Source of the DNA: an uncultured Acidobacteriota bacterium
Lineage (GTDB): Bacteria; Acidobacteriota; Blastocatellia; RBC074
Reading direction: 5' to 3'
Length of the DNA: 64,000 nt
Assembly (NCBI GenBank): GCA_963796275.1
Contig: CAWCKY010000004.1
Coordinates: 1,536,001-1,600,000, forward strand
Both the position numbers and the translations under genes were made by a program. Each line of letters starts with the position of its first letter. Within the stretch, counting starts at the first letter, position 1. The notes beneath the pieces were generated by a model. The model worked only from the letters and a program-made list of their open reading frames with translations. It was not told where the DNA came from and made no database searches. Shown in pieces: positions 61,983 to 64,000 of this stretch.

Positions 61983-64000
61983 CTACTCATCTCCCATTCT
62001 TGTCATCGCTAGGTTATACCACATAAGCAGCTTTGGATTTCTTCGAGCACGTTGTTGGGAATCTTATCAGCTATACCAACGATGGTAGCGTAGTCGCGCT
62101 CTTGCCAAGCTTTCTTGAAGCCGGCGCGGACGGCTTCAAGGCGAAAGACTTTGAGCTTCTTCTTCGCTTGTCTATACTCCTCGAATTCTCTGAGCAGGGC
62201 TTTTTCGCGTAGTTTTTCTAGATCGCCTGCCTTGTTAGGTATCTGGAACGTACCATCTGTCACGGGCTTTTGCGATCAATGCCGAATTATCTTTCGGCAG
62301 GTTACGCATTTCCTTCCAGTTGGTAGATAGGTAGGAGTGAATCTGTTCCGGCACCGGGCCTTTACCGTCATATCGCAGAAAGTTTTGATCCAACAATTCA
62401 GATAGCTCTATGGCTCTCTCATTTTTTTGCCAGCCCCCCTGTGTTTCACGCATGAATTGTGGCTGAAGATCCTGAAATGTCTGTGGTTTTCTAATCACCT
62501 GTTGTTTTACCCACTGAATGGCGGACATTTCATCAGAAACGAAGAGGTCGAGTTGGAGCAGTTCCCTCGACGTCATCCGCTTACGCTCGTACTCAGCGAC
62601 CTGATCTGTCAGGAAGTACATGCCATCGCGCTCGGGAAACCGCTGGGCCAGTCCTTGGTAAAAGTCGCCTGCAGAGAGGGGTACGCTGACTTCGCGCTGT
62701 ACGTGAAAGGCGACCATGCGGTCGAACAAGAGTATCTGTTGCCTCTCCGCAATAATTTGCCCAAGCCCATCTTTGATAATGAAAACGGGAAGTTGCCGAA
62801 GGTGGGTTCGAATGAAATCCCAGACACCCTCTTCTGTTCCAGCGTGAAGTTGGAATCGCTTTTCGAGCCCGCCGTTAGGTTTGTAAGCGGAGATGACAAG
62901 GTCCTTATCGACTGCCTTGGCGTGCAACTGCTTCTTGGTCTTCATTCCTTTATCGAGAACGCTGACATCAGCGATGATGAATCCTGCGCGTCCCAACGCC
63001 TCCTGTATCGCGGTCCATACGGCGTTCTTGGAATTGTGAAACTCTATCGTGGCCCACCGGCCTGGCTTTAGGATGCGATAGACCTGTTTCAGGCAATCTG
63101 TCATCATCTTCGTATAAATGAACAAGTCTTTCCGTTGCTTTCCGCTTACCACGGTATCCTGACCTGAGTTTGTGAATACGTGGAGCCACGCCTCCCACAA
63201 AAAATTTAACTCGGCGTAGGGTAAGTTGTCGCCGAAGGGCGAGATCGTATGAACACATAATCAATGGAGTTATCCGGGATCAGTACAGAGGCGAGAGACT
63301 GGGTGGTTATGGCTACTGAGGAGCAACATTTTGGAAGAGCGTTGCCAAATCTCTTGATCTTTCCGGTTAAGACATACGTCGGGCTTGGTTCGCTAACTGT
63401 TGAGCCGATGTAGAGTGTGCCACTCAAGGCGCGGTTAACCTGGGAATAGGCGTTCTTCAGGAATCTATTACGACGGGTAAAGCTCACGACAACACTCTGC
63501 AACGTGAACCGCCAGAGCCGCTTCATTTCCTCTCTAGGCAGGTCATCAATCATTTGCCACAATAAAGAGAACGCGGCAAGTTGGCGCGAGAGGTGAAAAT
63601 CGTGAGCGCGGCTGATCCCCTCGTGGTATCCTCTATAAAGATCTCCCCATTCTTCTCCCTCTGACACAAACATCATCAATTCTGTCGGAAACTCGATGGA
63701 GTCAAACAGTCGCTCGACTTTCTCAAGGCAGGCTAGATCGTCACGATCGGGTTTCTTGCTTTTCTTCAACCCTCGATGTCGGTATCGAATCTCCACTGGA
63801 CGCAAGACTTGACGCGACCGAGTAGCCTTTACCGCCTTGTCGTAATAAGTAGTTGTAAGTCTGACAAGATCACGCTTAGACACCTCTGCAGTACAATGAG
63901 GACAGGCTAGCTGATCGGCTAACGATCCCGATTCTTCATCATAGGCCAAGTCCCAGAACTCCAGTTCACCGGCGCAATGGGGGCAGGAAAAGATATCTGA
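61983..64000 (-). CDS. pglXI: BREX type 3 DNA methyltransferase, 5' part outside window, several frameshifts
   Basis: IPDNSIDYVF.DPPF-like motif broken by indels near 63240, WEAWL, RILKPGRW.T.EFHNS, FRLEAVRAGFKKAWQ. Confidence 0.85.

Noticed and set aside
1-64000. CRISPR array, tRNA or rRNA
   Set aside because: No regularly spaced repeats with unique spacers and no recognisable structural RNA seen by eye; no covariance search was possible

Overview
Mosaic accessory region, probably from an Acidobacterium, inferred from the ADOP permease and PadR expansion and a stand-alone Clp-N protein. Three layers are visible. (1) A minus-strand, plasmid/ICE-like backbone spread over about 2-51 kb: ssb, a DdrB-like ssDNA-annealing protein, a DUF6915-AAA-unknown-VWA/metallopeptidase operon, a paralog of that unknown gene, a DUF6117-like gene, a beta-clamp (dnaN) outside any oriC cluster, a RavA/ViaA-like AAA-VWA pair with a DUF6744-like gene, a VRR-NUC fragment and a Zn-finger/Toprim primase-like gene. 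(2) Cargo in almost every gap of that backbone: nine whole or partial ADOP permeases with one intact padR and three padR remnants, TA modules, gene fragments, and a DUF3800 gene split by an IS701-like element (45148-46660, TATAA duplication). (3) A defence cluster at 51.4-64 kb: a PD-(D/E)XK gene, an HNH gene bracketed by two related 56-61 bp palindromes, and a type 3 BREX locus with a nested ABC-ATPase/RelE-like pair. Many conserved genes carry single-base frameshifts, probably long-read errors. No rRNA, tRNA or CRISPR array was seen. All family names come from motif recognition by eye, not database searches.
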